Shown here piece by piece: positions 1 to 12,600 of a stretch of 64,000 nt of DNA (positions are counted from its first letter, which is position 1; every line of letters begins with the position of its first letter). The stretch is taken from contig NW_024704743.1 of assembly GCF_018977255.1 (NCBI RefSeq), positions 5,148,001-5,212,000 of the forward strand, in the 5' to 3' direction. The translations under genes and the position numbers were made by a program. The stretch comes from Callorhinchus milii. Its lineage: Eukaryota. The notes under the pieces are model-generated. The model ran no database searches. It saw nothing but the letters and a program-made list of their open reading frames with translations, and was not told the origin of the DNA.

Positions 1-294
1 CCTCTCATCTCTTTTTTTCTCCTCTCTCTGTATAAATATTTCTTACTCTCCCTCTTTCTCCGCTTTTTCCTCCTACCTCTTCTTCCCGCTTCTCGCTCCA
101 TCCTCTCTCTATATATTTCTTCCTCTCTGCTCTCTCTTTTCCTTCTCCTCTCGTTCAGCTCATCTTTCATCTAAGTATATCTCTTGCTCTTTCTCCTCCT
201 CCTCCTTTTTTTTTTCCTATTTTTCCTCCTCTTTTTCTCCTCCTTCCTTTCTCTCCTCTATTCCACACTCTCCCTCACTCTTCCTCTCTTTTTG

Positions 295-800
295 TTTTGC
301 TTAACCGGGTGACTGAAACATGCGGCGACCCGTCGTCACGCTCAAGAACCTCCAAACCAAACAGATCCGTGTGCAGCCCACCTACACATGGAAATTCCCA
401 TTGCAGATCGTTTGGAAGTCGCACTCTCACTTTCCCTGGAGGGACGCATCACGCTTACCTCATTCCGGAGAGCATCAGGTACAGGATGCTTAAGAGCCGA
501 GGCTTGCTGAGCTCAGAGTGTGTGCGTTGGGGTGACTGCTGGAGTCTAACCAGCTAAAACCACGCAGCTCGCCATCGAGAGCGCTGTCCTGGCAATCTTT
601 CCCACTGCTTCTCCAGCTGGGACCACCCAACCCATTTGAGGCTTTGGCTTGCGGGGTTAACGGGAGCTGAGCGGATTGACTCCCTGCCGCCAGCGATTGG
701 TCTGCCCTTCCGGTTCCTGCCGGTGAGCCAAGCCGGGCTGTGCTGTTAGCGGATACTGCGGACCCGCCTGCCTCAGGTGCCCAATGACTGGAGACCGTCA
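295..800. repeat. Unclassified dispersed repeat, ~550 bp (other copies 4440-4760, 9815-10280, 25040-25215, 32770-33150, 36180-36320, 39785-40035, 49315-49560, 55160-55420, 60710-61080, 63540-63860)
   Basis: Shared blocks cccacctacacatggaaattcc, ttacctaattccggagag, gcgttggggtaactgctggagtctaacc.gctaaaacc, ggctttggcttgc, actggtctgcccttcc. Confidence 0.8.
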
Positions 801-978
801 CCGAGGGCCGGCTGAGTCCCGACCCAACTGTCCAGCGCCTCGCGACGTCCTCCCGACGTGAAGGGCGCTCTACAAATGCAAACTTGTTGTTGTTGTTGTT
901 GTTGACAGTCCGTTGCCAAACATGTCACCTTGGAGCCGGTTCAGCTTCAGGGAGAACCCGCTTACACCCCACCCCAGG

Positions 979-1014
<36 letters not shown>

Positions 1015-1379
1015 TAAAAAAGTAATAATAATCCTTGCATTTGATGTAGCGCCTCATTCAGTTGCTGAGTCGTCTCGAAGCGCTTCACAGAATATACTGC
1101 GAAGTGTAGCGACTGCGTATTTTGTGGGCGAAACGCCACAGCCAATTGGGGGGGGGGTGGCGGCGGGGCGGAGGGGGGGGGGTGGCGGGGCGGGGGGGGT
1201 GGGGTGTGGGCGAGAGCTCCACATTGTCAGAGACACCGTCCTTCGGGTGAGACCATAAAATCTCACTCCCCGTCCGTGCCCCGTTCGGGGCGGACATTAA
1301 AGATCTCGCTCAGCGTTGTCGGTGATGGGGGGGGGGGAGCGGTGTGGGGGGTGGGGGGGGGTGTCTTGGGCTGATAATC

Positions 1380-1520
1380 TGCCACTTATCTCTCTCCCAC
1401 TCACCCCTCTCCTCTCTCCCTTTCTCATTACCCCACTCCCCCCCCCTCCCCTCACTCCCTCCCCCATCTCCCTCACTCTCTCTCTCTCTCTCCTCCCACT
1501 GGTTCTCTCTCCTGATACTG

Positions 1521-1554
<34 letters not shown>

Positions 1555-1750
1555 CCTCTCACTATCTTTCTCTCCTTCAAACCGTCTCTCACTATCTTTC
1601 TCTCCCTCACCCTGTCTCGTTCTCTCTCTCTCTCCCTCTCTCCTCTCTCACAATCTCTCTCTCTCTCCTCTCTCACAATCTCTCTCTCTCTCCCCTCTGA
1701 CACACTCTCTCTCTCTCTCTCCCCTCTCACTCTCTCTCTCTCTCTCTCTC
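1380..1750. repeat. (CT)n-rich microsatellite
   Basis: Direct inspection. Confidence 0.95.
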
Positions 1751-1751
1751 A

Positions 1752-1890
1752 CAGGTGACGGTTTAAACTGTTGGTCGAAGAGGGGGAGAAAAAGCGCGGG
1801 AAAAGCGCCAACCGTCGCTCGCTCTCTCCTCGCGCTCCCTGTCCTGTCCTGTCCTGGTGCTGCCGTGTTCCTGCCCTCCCCAGAGCCGTG
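1752..1890 (+). promoter_or_regulatory. Candidate promoter island with E2F/MYB/CHR-like motifs upstream of the TEX14-like gene
   Basis: Unique CpG-rich patch between microsatellites: GCGCGGGAAAA 1794-1804, GCGCCAA 1805-1811, TTTAAA 1762-1767, YAACNG at 1768-1773(-) and 1809-1814(+). Confidence 0.45.
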
Positions 1891-1894
1891 ACTG

Positions 1895-3355
1895 CTCCCC
1901 CCCTCACACTCTCCCTCACACTCCCCTCACACTCTCCCTCACACTCCCCCCCCCCCCTCACACTCTCCTCACACTCCCCTCCCCCCCTCACACTCTCCCT
2001 CACACTCCCCTCCCTCCCTCACACTCCCCTCACACTCTCCCTCACACTCCCCTCCCTCCCTCACACTCTCCCTCACACTCCCCTCACACTCTCCTCACAC
2101 TCCTCCTCCCTCACACTCTCCCTCACACTCCCTCCCTCCCTCACACTCTCCCTCACACTCTCTCCCCCCTCACACTCTCCCTCACACTCACCCTCTCTCC
2201 CTCACACTCTCCCTCACACTCCCCTCCCTCCCTCACACTCTCCCCCACACTCCCCTCCCTCCCTCACACTCCCCTCCTCCCTCCCACTCTCCTCCCACTC
2301 CCCTCACACTCTCCCTCACACTCACCCTCTCCCTCACACTCTCCCTCACACTCTCCCTCACACTCTCTCCCTCACACTCACACACTCTCCCTCACACTCC
2401 CCTCTCCCTCACACTCTCCCTCACACTCCCCTCCCTCCCACTCTCCCTCACACTCCCCTCCCCCCCTCACCACTCCTCCTCACACTCCCCTCCCCCCTCA
2501 CACTCTCCCTCACACTCCCTCCCTCCCTCACACTCTCCCTCACACTCCCCTCCCCCCCTCACACTCTCCCTCACACTCCCTCCCTCCCCTCACACTCTCC
2601 CTCACACTCCCTCCCCCCCTCACACTCTCCCTCACACTCCCCTCACACTCCCTCCCCCCTCACACTCTCCTCACACTCCCCTCCCTCCCTCACACTCCCT
2701 CCCCCCCCTCACACTCCCCTCCCTCCCTCACACTCTCCCTCACACTCCGCTCCCTCCCTCACACTCCCTCTCCCCCCTCATACTCCCTCCCTCCCTCACA
2801 CTCCCCTCCCTGTGTGTGAACTCAGTGAGTGTGAACTCCATCTCACACTTCCCTCCCTCACACTCCCTCTCCCCCCTCACACTCCCCTCCCTCCCTCACA
2901 CTCTCCCTCACACTCCCCTCCCTCCCTCACACTCCATCTCACACTTCCCTCCCTCACACTCCCTCTCCCCCTTCACACTCCCCTCCCTCACACTCCATCT
3001 CCCCCTCACACTCCCCTCCCTCCCTCATACTCCATCTCCCCCCTCACACCCTCCCTCATACTCCATCTCCCCCTCACACCTTCCCTCACACTCCATCTCC
3101 CCCCTCACACTCCCCTCCCTCCCTCACACTCCCTCCCTCCCTCCCTCACACTCCATCTCCCTCCCTCCCTCACACTCTCCCTCCCTTACACTCCATCTCC
3201 CCCTCACATTCCACCACCCTCCCCCTCCCCACACTCATTCCTTCCCCCACCCCCACTCCCTCCCTCCCCCACACTCCCTCCCCCCCCACACTCCTCCCTC
3301 CCTCCCCCACACTCCCCCCCCTCCCCCCACACTCCCCCCCCCCCCACACTTGCCC
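1895..3355. repeat. C-rich minisatellite (CCCTCACACTCT/CC variants)
   Basis: Many degenerate 10-18-bp units built on ccctcacact. Confidence 0.95.
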
Positions 3356-3519
3356 CCCCGCTGTCTCCAGATGCTTTGCCAACCAAGATGACGACTCGGC
3401 GCTAAGGACCGTACATCTTCCTAAGAGAGAGAGGGAGGGAGGGAAAGGAAGTGCTGTTTCTCGTCACTGCCCTGTTGGTGGGGGGGGAGTGGGGATAGTG
3501 GGCGGGGGGAGGGCAAGAG

Positions 3520-3658
3520 ATGCCAAAAGGACAGTCATTGCCCCCCACTTGCCCCACCCAGCTCGGGGGGGCGATAGACCCCACTTCGCCCGCCGCCCGG
3601 TTACACCATTGCGCCCAGCACGGGAAGGTGAGCGGCTTGGCTGGAGCCTTGGCCAAAG
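3520..3658 (+). CDS. TEX14: TEX14-like coding exon 1 ([16 protein letters not shown]...AGALAK)
   Basis: ATG at 3520, donor GTAAGG at 3659, phase 1; similar to the TEX14 N-terminus. Confidence 0.85.
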
Positions 3659-6600
3659 GTAAGGGAGGTCATGGGGTTCGAGACTCTCCCCTATCTCCCC
3701 CTCCTCTCCCAAACCCCGCCACCACCCAGCCCCTTGTCCGGGGTCTTTGCGCTCACGGAGAGGGAAGAGGGGCTGCGAAGCAGAGGGGGAGAGACAACGA
3801 TTGAACAATGGGCAAAATGGAGGGTAGAGACATGGAGAGGGCGAGATGGAACGGAGAGACTGATAGAGGGGGCGAGTCAGAGGGGTAGAGGCTGATGGAG
3901 AGAGGGCGCGATGGAGGTGGAGACTAATAAGAGACGGGGCGAGATGGAGGGTAGAGGCTGCTGGAGGAGACGGAGGGGTGGAGGCGTTGAAGAGAGGGTG
4001 TGATGGAGGGCCGATGGAGAGGTGGGAGCGTGAGACGGAGGATAAGAGAGTAATGGAGAGCGCGTGAGATGGAGCTTTAACCATTTTCTGTCTCAGGTGC
4101 AGAAATTGATGCTTTGAACAGCCTTGGACAGACGCCTCTGTACGTGGCCTCTCTCCTCCGTCAATCAAAGACCGTCTCAGCTCTACTGAAGAACGGCGCT
4201 AATCCCAACTAGTAGGTATTTTCGGGACGAGAGAAGTCGGGATTGTTCTCCTCAGAGCAGAGAAGGTTTAAGGGGAAATGTAATAGAAAGATGTTCAAAA
4301 TTCTGAGGGGTTCTGAGTAGAGAGAGGAGATAGGGGGGGAAACTGTTTCCACTGGCAAGTGGGTCAGTAACCAGGAACATAGATGAAGATGATTGGCAAA
4401 AGAACCAAGAGGGGAGATGAGGAGAATTTTTTTTTTACATGTCGGGCTTTGATTAGGTCGCACGCTGGACAAGCAGTGGGAAAGCTTGCCGGACAGCGCT
4501 CTGAATAGCAAGCCGTGCGTTTTTAGCTGGTTAGATACCGGCAATTACCCCACCGCGCACTCTGGGGTCCCCCGAGCCTTGAATACACCCAGAATTAGGT
4601 AAACAAGATGCGTCCGTCCCTCCGGGGAGAGAGCGCGCATTCCATTCCAACAATCTCTGTAATTTCCACGCGTAGGTTGGATGCATGGAAATCTTAGTTT
4701 GGTTTGGATACTCTTAAACATAGTGATGAGTTTCTGCATGTATTGGATGCCCAGCTGACCCCGCCACCCCCCCCAAAAAAAAAAATTGTGGGACATGTTT
4801 TGCCCCCAAAATACAGTTACTACACTTTACAATGTATTCTGGTTAAGGGTTTTGAGCCCTTTCAACGACTTGATGAGGTGCTGTCTTAAATGCAAGGATT
4901 ATTATCATAATAATACTTTCATTTGATATATCGCCTTATCACGTTTTCGAGATATCTCAAAGTGCTTCACAGAATACACTGTAAAGAGAATTGACGGTAT
5001 ATTTTGTGGGTGAAATGCGGCAGCCCAATTGCGCACAGCAGTGTCCCACAAACGGTCTTGGATTGAGTGAACAAATTATTTGTTTTAAAATTATTATTAG
5101 GACACCCATGCCCCGCTGTGGTTAGATCACGCCTGAGTGTGTGTAACCGTGTGTGTGAGTGACTGATAGTGTAGGTCTGTGTGTGACTGTATCTGTGTGT
5201 GAGTGACTGTGTGCGTGTGAGTGACTGTGTGCATGCGTGAGTGACTGTGAGTGACTGTGTGCGTGTGTGAGTGACTGCGTGTGAGTGACTGTGCGTGTGT
5301 GTTATTGTGCGTGTGAGGGACTGCGGGTCCGTGTGAGTGACTGTGCATGTGTGAGTGACTTTGCGTGTGTGACTGACTGCGTGTGAGTGACTGCGGGTCC
5401 ATGTGAGTGACTGTGCATGTGTGAGTGACTTTGCTTGTGTGAGTGACTGTGTGAGTGACTGTGCGTATGTGAGTGATTGTGTGACTGTATCTGCAGGAGA
5501 GGGAGGATGCCTGACTGACTGACCTCTCTTGTCCCTCAGTCGCTGTGATGACCGCAGTACTCCAGTCCACGCAGCCTGCTTCTCAGGCCGGCCTGAGCTG
5601 CTGTGTAAGTTACTGCAGGCTGGCGGGGACCTGCGGTTGCACGACGCGGAGGGCAGGACACCGGGGCGGTGGGCACAGGCTGCCGGCACCACCCATAACA
5701 CACAGGTAAATTCCACTGTCCACAAGCTCACCCGCACTAAACTCTGTACCCCCAATACACCAGTTCTCGCCAGGCTCCACTGGCTCCCTGTCACACAAAC
5801 TAAACTCTATACCCCCAGTCAGGCTCCACTGGCTCCTTATCACCGAACGGATCGATTTCAAGATCCTTACACTTGTTTTCAAATCCCTTCTTGCCCTAGC
5901 ACCTCCCTATCTCTACGACCTGCTTTCTGTCCAACCTACTACCCGCTCCCTCCGCTCAATTGGTACGGACTCCTGCTTGTCCCCAGGGCAATTGGCTGCA
6001 GCGTTCCACCCACAAAATAGACTGTCACTACACTTTACAGTAGAAACAGGAATAGGCCATTTAGCCCCTCGAGCCTGTTCTGCCATTCTATAAGATCATG
6101 GCTTTTGTTTCGTCCACAAAATAGAGAGTCAATTCACTTTACCATATATTCTGTGAAGCACTTTGAGATGTCTCGAAGACGTTATAAATGCAAGGATTAT
6201 TATGGCTGATCTGTACCTCAAAGTACAATTGCCTGCCTTTGTCCTGTATCCCTTAATCCCTGACCTAACAAATATCTATCCACTTAGTATTGAAGATGTG
6301 AATGTTTCCAGCGTCTACAGCCTTGTGGAGAGAGAGTGTTCCAGATTTCCCCTACCCTTTGGGTGAAAGAAGGCCTCCTAATTTCACTCCTAAATGGCCA
6401 AGCTCTAATTTTTAAAACTATGCATCTTGTTCTGGATTCCCCCACCAGAGGAAATAGTTTATATGTACGTACCCTATTGAATCCCTTTTATTATTTTGAA
6501 AACCTCAATCGGATCACCCGTCAACCTTCTAAACTCAAAGGAATAGAGACCAGGTTCATGCAACCTGTCCTCATAATTTAACCCTTTAAGTCCTCAACAG

Positions 6601-9600
6601 CACGATAAGACGCTGTGTGTCAAATAATAACACAATAAAAGTAAATCTCACAGATGCTGGAGTTCCTGTGCCGTTTCCAGTTATGGGTGTCACTGATATC
6701 CCGCTGGCAGTGACCCCGGACACTGGCCCCCTTGTCCAGGCTACCACGCCCAGCTCCTGCATTCCTCATCCTCCTCACTCCATCGTCTCCTTCAGCTGAG
6801 GTAAGAGCTCTCACTGCCCAGGGCAGCTCTGCCTGTTATTACCTTTTGCCTGTGGTCTGTGCCTGGCGATTATTAAATGTTTTTGCGCGACTGTGAGGAT
6901 GTGAGTAACTGTGAGGATGTGAGTGTGACTGTGAGGGTCTAAGTGACTGAGGGTGTAAATGACTGAGGGTGTGAGTGTGACTGAGGGTGCAAGTGAGACT
7001 GACTTGTAGGTGTGACTGAGAGTGTGCACTGGGGTGAGTGCGAGTGAGGTGAGTGACTGTGTGAGGTGTGGTCGACTGTGAGGTTGTAGAATGTGAGTGT
7101 GACTGGATCAGGTAACTGTGATGTGTGCAACTGTGAGGGTGTGAGTGCGACTGTGAGGGTGAGTGCGACTGTGAGGGTGTGAGTCCGACTGTGTGAGGGT
7201 GTGACTGTGAGAATGTGAGTGTGACTCTGAGTGTCAGTGTAACTGTGAGGGCATGACTGTGAGGGTGTGAGTGTGACTGTGACTGTCTCTCTCCTCTCCA
7301 GGCTGAAGCCCCCTGACTCCTGGTGGAGCTCACTACCATCACACACTTTGGATTTGGAAAAGTGAGATTTCTGTGTCTTGTCTTGTGGCTCAGAACTGTG
7401 GAAAGAGCATGCGTGTGTGTGTGTGTGTGTCAGTGATGGAGTCCGTGACCGTCCTGCTCAGTGTGTGTGTGTTTGTGTCTGTGTGTGTTTGTTCGTATGC
7501 ATGTGCGTGTCAGTCACAGTGAAGGAGCTTCAATACGTGTGTATGTGTTTCGTGTGTGCATGTGTGTGTGTTTCAGTGTGACTGTCCTGATCTGTGTTTT
7601 AGCTGTGCTGGTATAGCCCACGGCACGTGGGCTTTCTCGCCTCAACACCCATCGTCCCAGAGAAAGAGCTAGTGCGTGCAGACAGCGAGACTGACCGAGG
7701 GTCCTGCAACACACCCTACACAGAGATGTGCAAGTAAGTCCCAGTTTAGCTCTCTCTGGTCTCCAAGGAAGGAGGTCGTGGGTTCAAGCCCCCAGGGGGC
7801 TCTGAGCTCACAGTCCAGGCTGATTCTCCAGCGCTGTGGGGAGAGAGTGCTGCATTGTCAGAGACGCCGTCCTTCGGATGAGAACTTAAACCTCATTCCC
7901 CATCTGTGCCCTGTTCAGAGGGGACATTATAGATCGCCTGCAGCGCTGTCGGGAAACGAGAAGGGAGTTTCTCTCCCTCCTGGTGTCCTGGCCAACAAAT
8001 AAAATCGCTCACTTCACTGCCGTTGCAAACGGAGGGGAGGGGTGAATGCCACGTTAAACACACAGTCAATACACTTTACAGTTAATCCTGTAAAGCGCAA
8101 TGAGATGTTGTCTTAACGTGAAAGGCACTGGGTCAGACACGAGGATTATTAAATTAATTCCAACTTGATAATACGCACTTCTTTCTCCTCCTATGAGGGC
8201 GGGGGGACCCGAGCAGGGGGTTGGGATCATGAGGAGGATGGAGGGCAGGGAGGGTATGAGGGTGGCCAAAGGGGCAGTCGAAGAAGACGGACCTTGAAGG
8301 AGGTGAGGGAGGGGGGGCAAGGCGAAGGGACTGAGGGATTGAATTCCAGAGGGGTTGCAGGCAAAAAGGCTGAAGGCACACGATGGTGGGGTGGACCGGG
8401 TGAGGCACATGGAGCAGATCGTTGCCCGCCAAGTGGAGGGAGCGGACGGGTTGGTGAGAGTTTAGTAGATCGTGGAGCTGGGGAGGAGAGTTTGCTTTGA
8501 GGATGGATATAGCCAGGAGCTGTGTAAATTCCACACCAGTTCTAGCCAAGCTCCACTGGCTCCCTATCACACACACTAAACTTCATACCCCATCGCACCA
8601 GTTTTTGCCAGTCTCCATTGGCTCCCTATCACACACACTAAACTCCGTAGCCCCATCACACCAGTTCTAGCCAGGCTCCACTGGCTCCCTGTCACAGAAT
8701 GAATCAACTTCAAAATCCTCACACTCATTTTCAAATCCCTTCATGCCTTGGCATCTCCCTACCCTCTCTGACCTGCCTACCACCCTACCTGCTATCTCCG
8801 ATTGACTGGCTCTGGCTTCCTGCACGTCCCTCATGCCCTCCATTGCACCATCGGCGACCGTGTTTTCAGCCACTATGTCCTGAAACTCTGGAGCACACTC
8901 CCTCTAACCCTCCGCCTTGCCCATTCCTTCCCCATCTTTAGGTCGTTCCTGAAGACCTTCCTCATTGAACCTGCCTACAGTCTCCTCTCCCTGGCTCAGC
9001 GTCATGCTCCGCCATTGTCAAGCACTCTGAGATGCTACCCTGCTTGAGGAGACTATATGAGTGCAAGTTGTTGTTGTTGGGATGTTTAATGTCTCAGTCG
9101 AAGAACGGCATTCTCTGACAATGCTGCGCTTCTTCCCCCCAGCGCTGGGCTGAAGCATCAGCCAGGACTCTGAGCTCAAGCTCGAACCCACAACCTCCTG
9201 CCTCGGAGGCCAGCGTGTGAGCAAATTCGCCAGGCTGGCACATAGCGACTGAGCCAGGCTGACACACGGTTGTTGTGGGATGTTACTGATGAAGCGGTGT
9301 CTTGTGTTCGCAGTCTGATGTGGGATGGACAACTGGTGACGATCAGACAGGTGAAAGAGGACACTGACCCAGCCGCAGGAGACATCCTGTTCACAGAGCA
9401 CGAACATGTCAGGTAAATCTCTCCCGGGTATGAGTGTGTGACTGTCATTTTAAGTTGGGAGTCCTGTAGCATAGGGTTAGCGTGCTCGCCTTGCAAGTGA
9501 GAGGACCTGGGTTTGATTCTCAGGCAGGGCAACACCTTAGGCAAGTTTCCTTACTCCGGTCGTCTCTGTTTACCTCGCAGTAAATAGTAACTCAGTTGTT

Positions 9601-12600
9601 AGCCGATTGGTGGATCACTTACGAGGGGTAATAATTCCTCCAAAATGATAAAAATTTGGTCACTCAATGCACGACTGTTTGTGGGACACTGCTGAACAAT
9701 TGACTGCCCACAAAATATAGAGTCAATTCACTTTACAATATATTCTGTGAAGTGTTTTGAGACATATCAATGACGTGATAAGGCGCTGTATCAAATGCAA
9801 GGATTATTCTTTTTTTTTGGTCAGCTGGGCGTCTTAACACATGCAGATACCCAGGCTTAAGAGAAACAAGAGAATTCCATGCATCCCACCTAAACATGGA
9901 AATTCTCGAGATGTTCATCAGAATTTGATACGCAAATTCTCTGTAGAGGTTCACACCCCGTTTGTCAAATTCTGGAGATTATTAGGCACTGGCTGGCGAG
10001 AGCCAAGGCTTGGGGACCCTAGAGGGTGCGTTGGGGTAACTGCTGGAGCAAGGACCACCCTACCCGTTAGGGCTTTGGCTTGCATGGTTAACAAAAGCTG
10101 AGTGGGATGATTCCCTGCCCCCAGGGACTGGTCTGCCCTTCCAAGTCCTGCCGATGAGCTGTGCTGTCATCAGCAGTGCCTTGGATGTGGACCCACCTGG
10201 GTCAGAAACCGTACGAGAGCGTATCACAGAACGCTGGCTCGATTCCGACATTCCTTTGCCAAACATGTCACCTCGAGCTAATAATTCTGTAGCAGTGGCG
10301 TGTGCGCGCGTGTATGCGCGCTGTGAAATTTGGGGTTCAAGCGTTTGTCAGAAACCACACCAAGGATATTATTAAGACGTTTTAGTAGCAATTATAAAAC
10401 CCACAAGCTAAGATCCATACCCCAACGCTTTCATGTAATGACTAGCCATCTAAAGAACATAATTATAACACATAAAAAGTGAATATGAAATGTGCCTAAA
10501 TAATCTCTTAACTGTTTTGTATGTATGTTGGGTGCGTGTTTTAGTAAGTCGGAGAGATACTACCAAGCAGGCAGGAAATTGTGTCGAAGTTCTAAGGCTG
10601 GCACAAAAGTTAAACACGGTCTCTGGTGTGCTGCTGGCGACAAACGTCTCTTGGTGGTCCACTCCGGCGAGGGCTAAACTTGTCCTATTTGCGGTCCACT
10701 CGGGTGAGAGCTGGACTTGTCCTCTTTCCCTCAAAGGCACTCTTCTTCCCCTCTGTTGAGATTCGTTCCCTTCCTCTCCTCAGAGGCTCCACAGAGTCTC
10801 CTCAGAGGCTCTCCCGCGGCTCTTTCGAGCCTTCTCTCGAGTCTCCTCCCGCGGGTCTTCTCGCGGCTCTTCTCCTCTTTTCTTCTACAAACTAGTTTTG
10901 GCTGTCGATTTTTATACCCTTTTTCATACCCCTTTTTCTGTGTTCTAACTCTTTTCCCAAGACTTCTTTCTCACACTCTCTGCACTTTCCCAGGCATTCT
11001 CTCCCTATCTTCAAGTTGTTTCTCCTTGTACCAGCTGCCAGTATCTTCTGCAAGAGAACAATATCCTCCTATTCCATCTTATCTAGCCTGACCAAACCAC
11101 CTGACTCTATGTCCCTGAAGTTTTAGTCCTTCTTTCTAACTCTGTCCATGTGACCTGCTCACTTTAATTTTTTTCTCAGTTTTAATTGCTAGTTTGTATC
11201 CCATCCATTCTCCCGGTCCAATTATCCCAGGTTCCTATCTCTCCTGTTAGTCTTAGTGGGAAAAGCCTCAAGCCATTTTGTAAATTTATCCAGTATTACA
11301 AGACAGTCCTTAAAACCTCCTTTTGCCGTTGGTAATGGCCCATGGCGTGGTGGTGCTGATTTAAGTGTGTGTGTGACTGTGTGTGTGTGAGACTGTGTGT
11401 GTGTGTGTGACTGTGTGTGTGTGTGTGACTGTGTGTGTGTGACACTGTGTGTGTGTGACTGTGTGTGTGTGTGACGTGTGTGTGTGTGTGACTGTGTGTG
11501 TGTGTGACTGTGTGTGTGTGTGACTGTGTGTGTGTGTGACTGTGTGTGTGAGACTGTGTGTGTGAGACTGTGTGTTAGACTGTGTGTGTGTGACTGTGTG
11601 TGTGAGACTGTGTGTGTGAGACTGTGTGTGTGTGTGTGAGACTGTGTGTGTGTGAGACTGTGTGTGTGTGTGACTGTGTGTGTGTGTGAGACTGTGTGTG
11701 TGTGTGAGACTGTGTGTGTGTGAGACTGTGTGTGTGTGTGTGTGTGTGTGTGAGACTGTGTGTGTGTGTGAGACTGTGTGTGTGTGTGTGTGAGACTGTG
11801 TGTGTGTGAGACTGTGTGTGTGTGTGTGGTGTGACTGTGTGTGTGTGTGTGTGTGACTGTGGTGTGTGTGTGTGTGACTGTGTGTGTGTGTGTGACTGTG
11901 TGTGTGAGACTGTGTGTGTGTGTGAGACTGTGGTGTGTGTGTGTGAGACTGTGTGTGTGAGACTGTGTGTGTGTGTGAGACTGTGTGTGACTGTGAGACT
12001 GTGGTGTGTGTGTGAGACTGTGTGTGAGACTGTGTGTGTGTGTGTGAGACTGTGTGTGTGTGTGTGAGACTGTGTGTGTGTGTGAGACTGTGTGTGTGTG
12101 TGAGACTGTGTGTGTGTGTGACTGTGTGTGTGTGACTGTGTGTGTGTGTGACACTGTGTGTGTGTGTGACACTGTGTGTGTGTGTGACACTGTGTGTGTG
12201 TGTGACACTGTGTGTGTGTGTGACTGTGTGTGTGTGGTGACTGTGTGTGTGTGACTGTGTGTGTGTGACTGTGTGTGTGTGACTGTGTGTGTGTGACTGT
12301 GTGTGTGTGCGACTGTGTGTGTGTGTGCGACTGTGTGTGTGTGTGCGACTGTGTGTGTGTGCGACTGTGTGTGTGTGTGTGCGACTGTGTGTGTTGTGTG
12401 TGCGACTGTGTGTGTGTGTGCGACTGTGTGTGTGTGTGCGACTGTGTGTGGTGTGTGCGACTGTGTGTGTGTGTGCGACTGTGTGTGTGTGTGTGACTGT
12501 GTGTGTGTGTGTGACTGTGTGTGTGTGTGTGACTGTGTGTGTGTGTGAGACTCTGTGTGTGTGTGTGAGACTGTGTGTGTGTGTGAGACTGTGTGTGTGT

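Noticed and set aside
1316..3405. 544-aa and 320-aa Pro/Ser/Leu/His ORFs
   Set aside because: Translations of C-rich minisatellite and (CT)n, open in several frames.
6711..7316. Selenocysteine recoding of the two TGA codons
   Set aside because: The positions do not correspond to conserved Cys, no SECIS was identified, and TEX14 is not a known selenoprotein.
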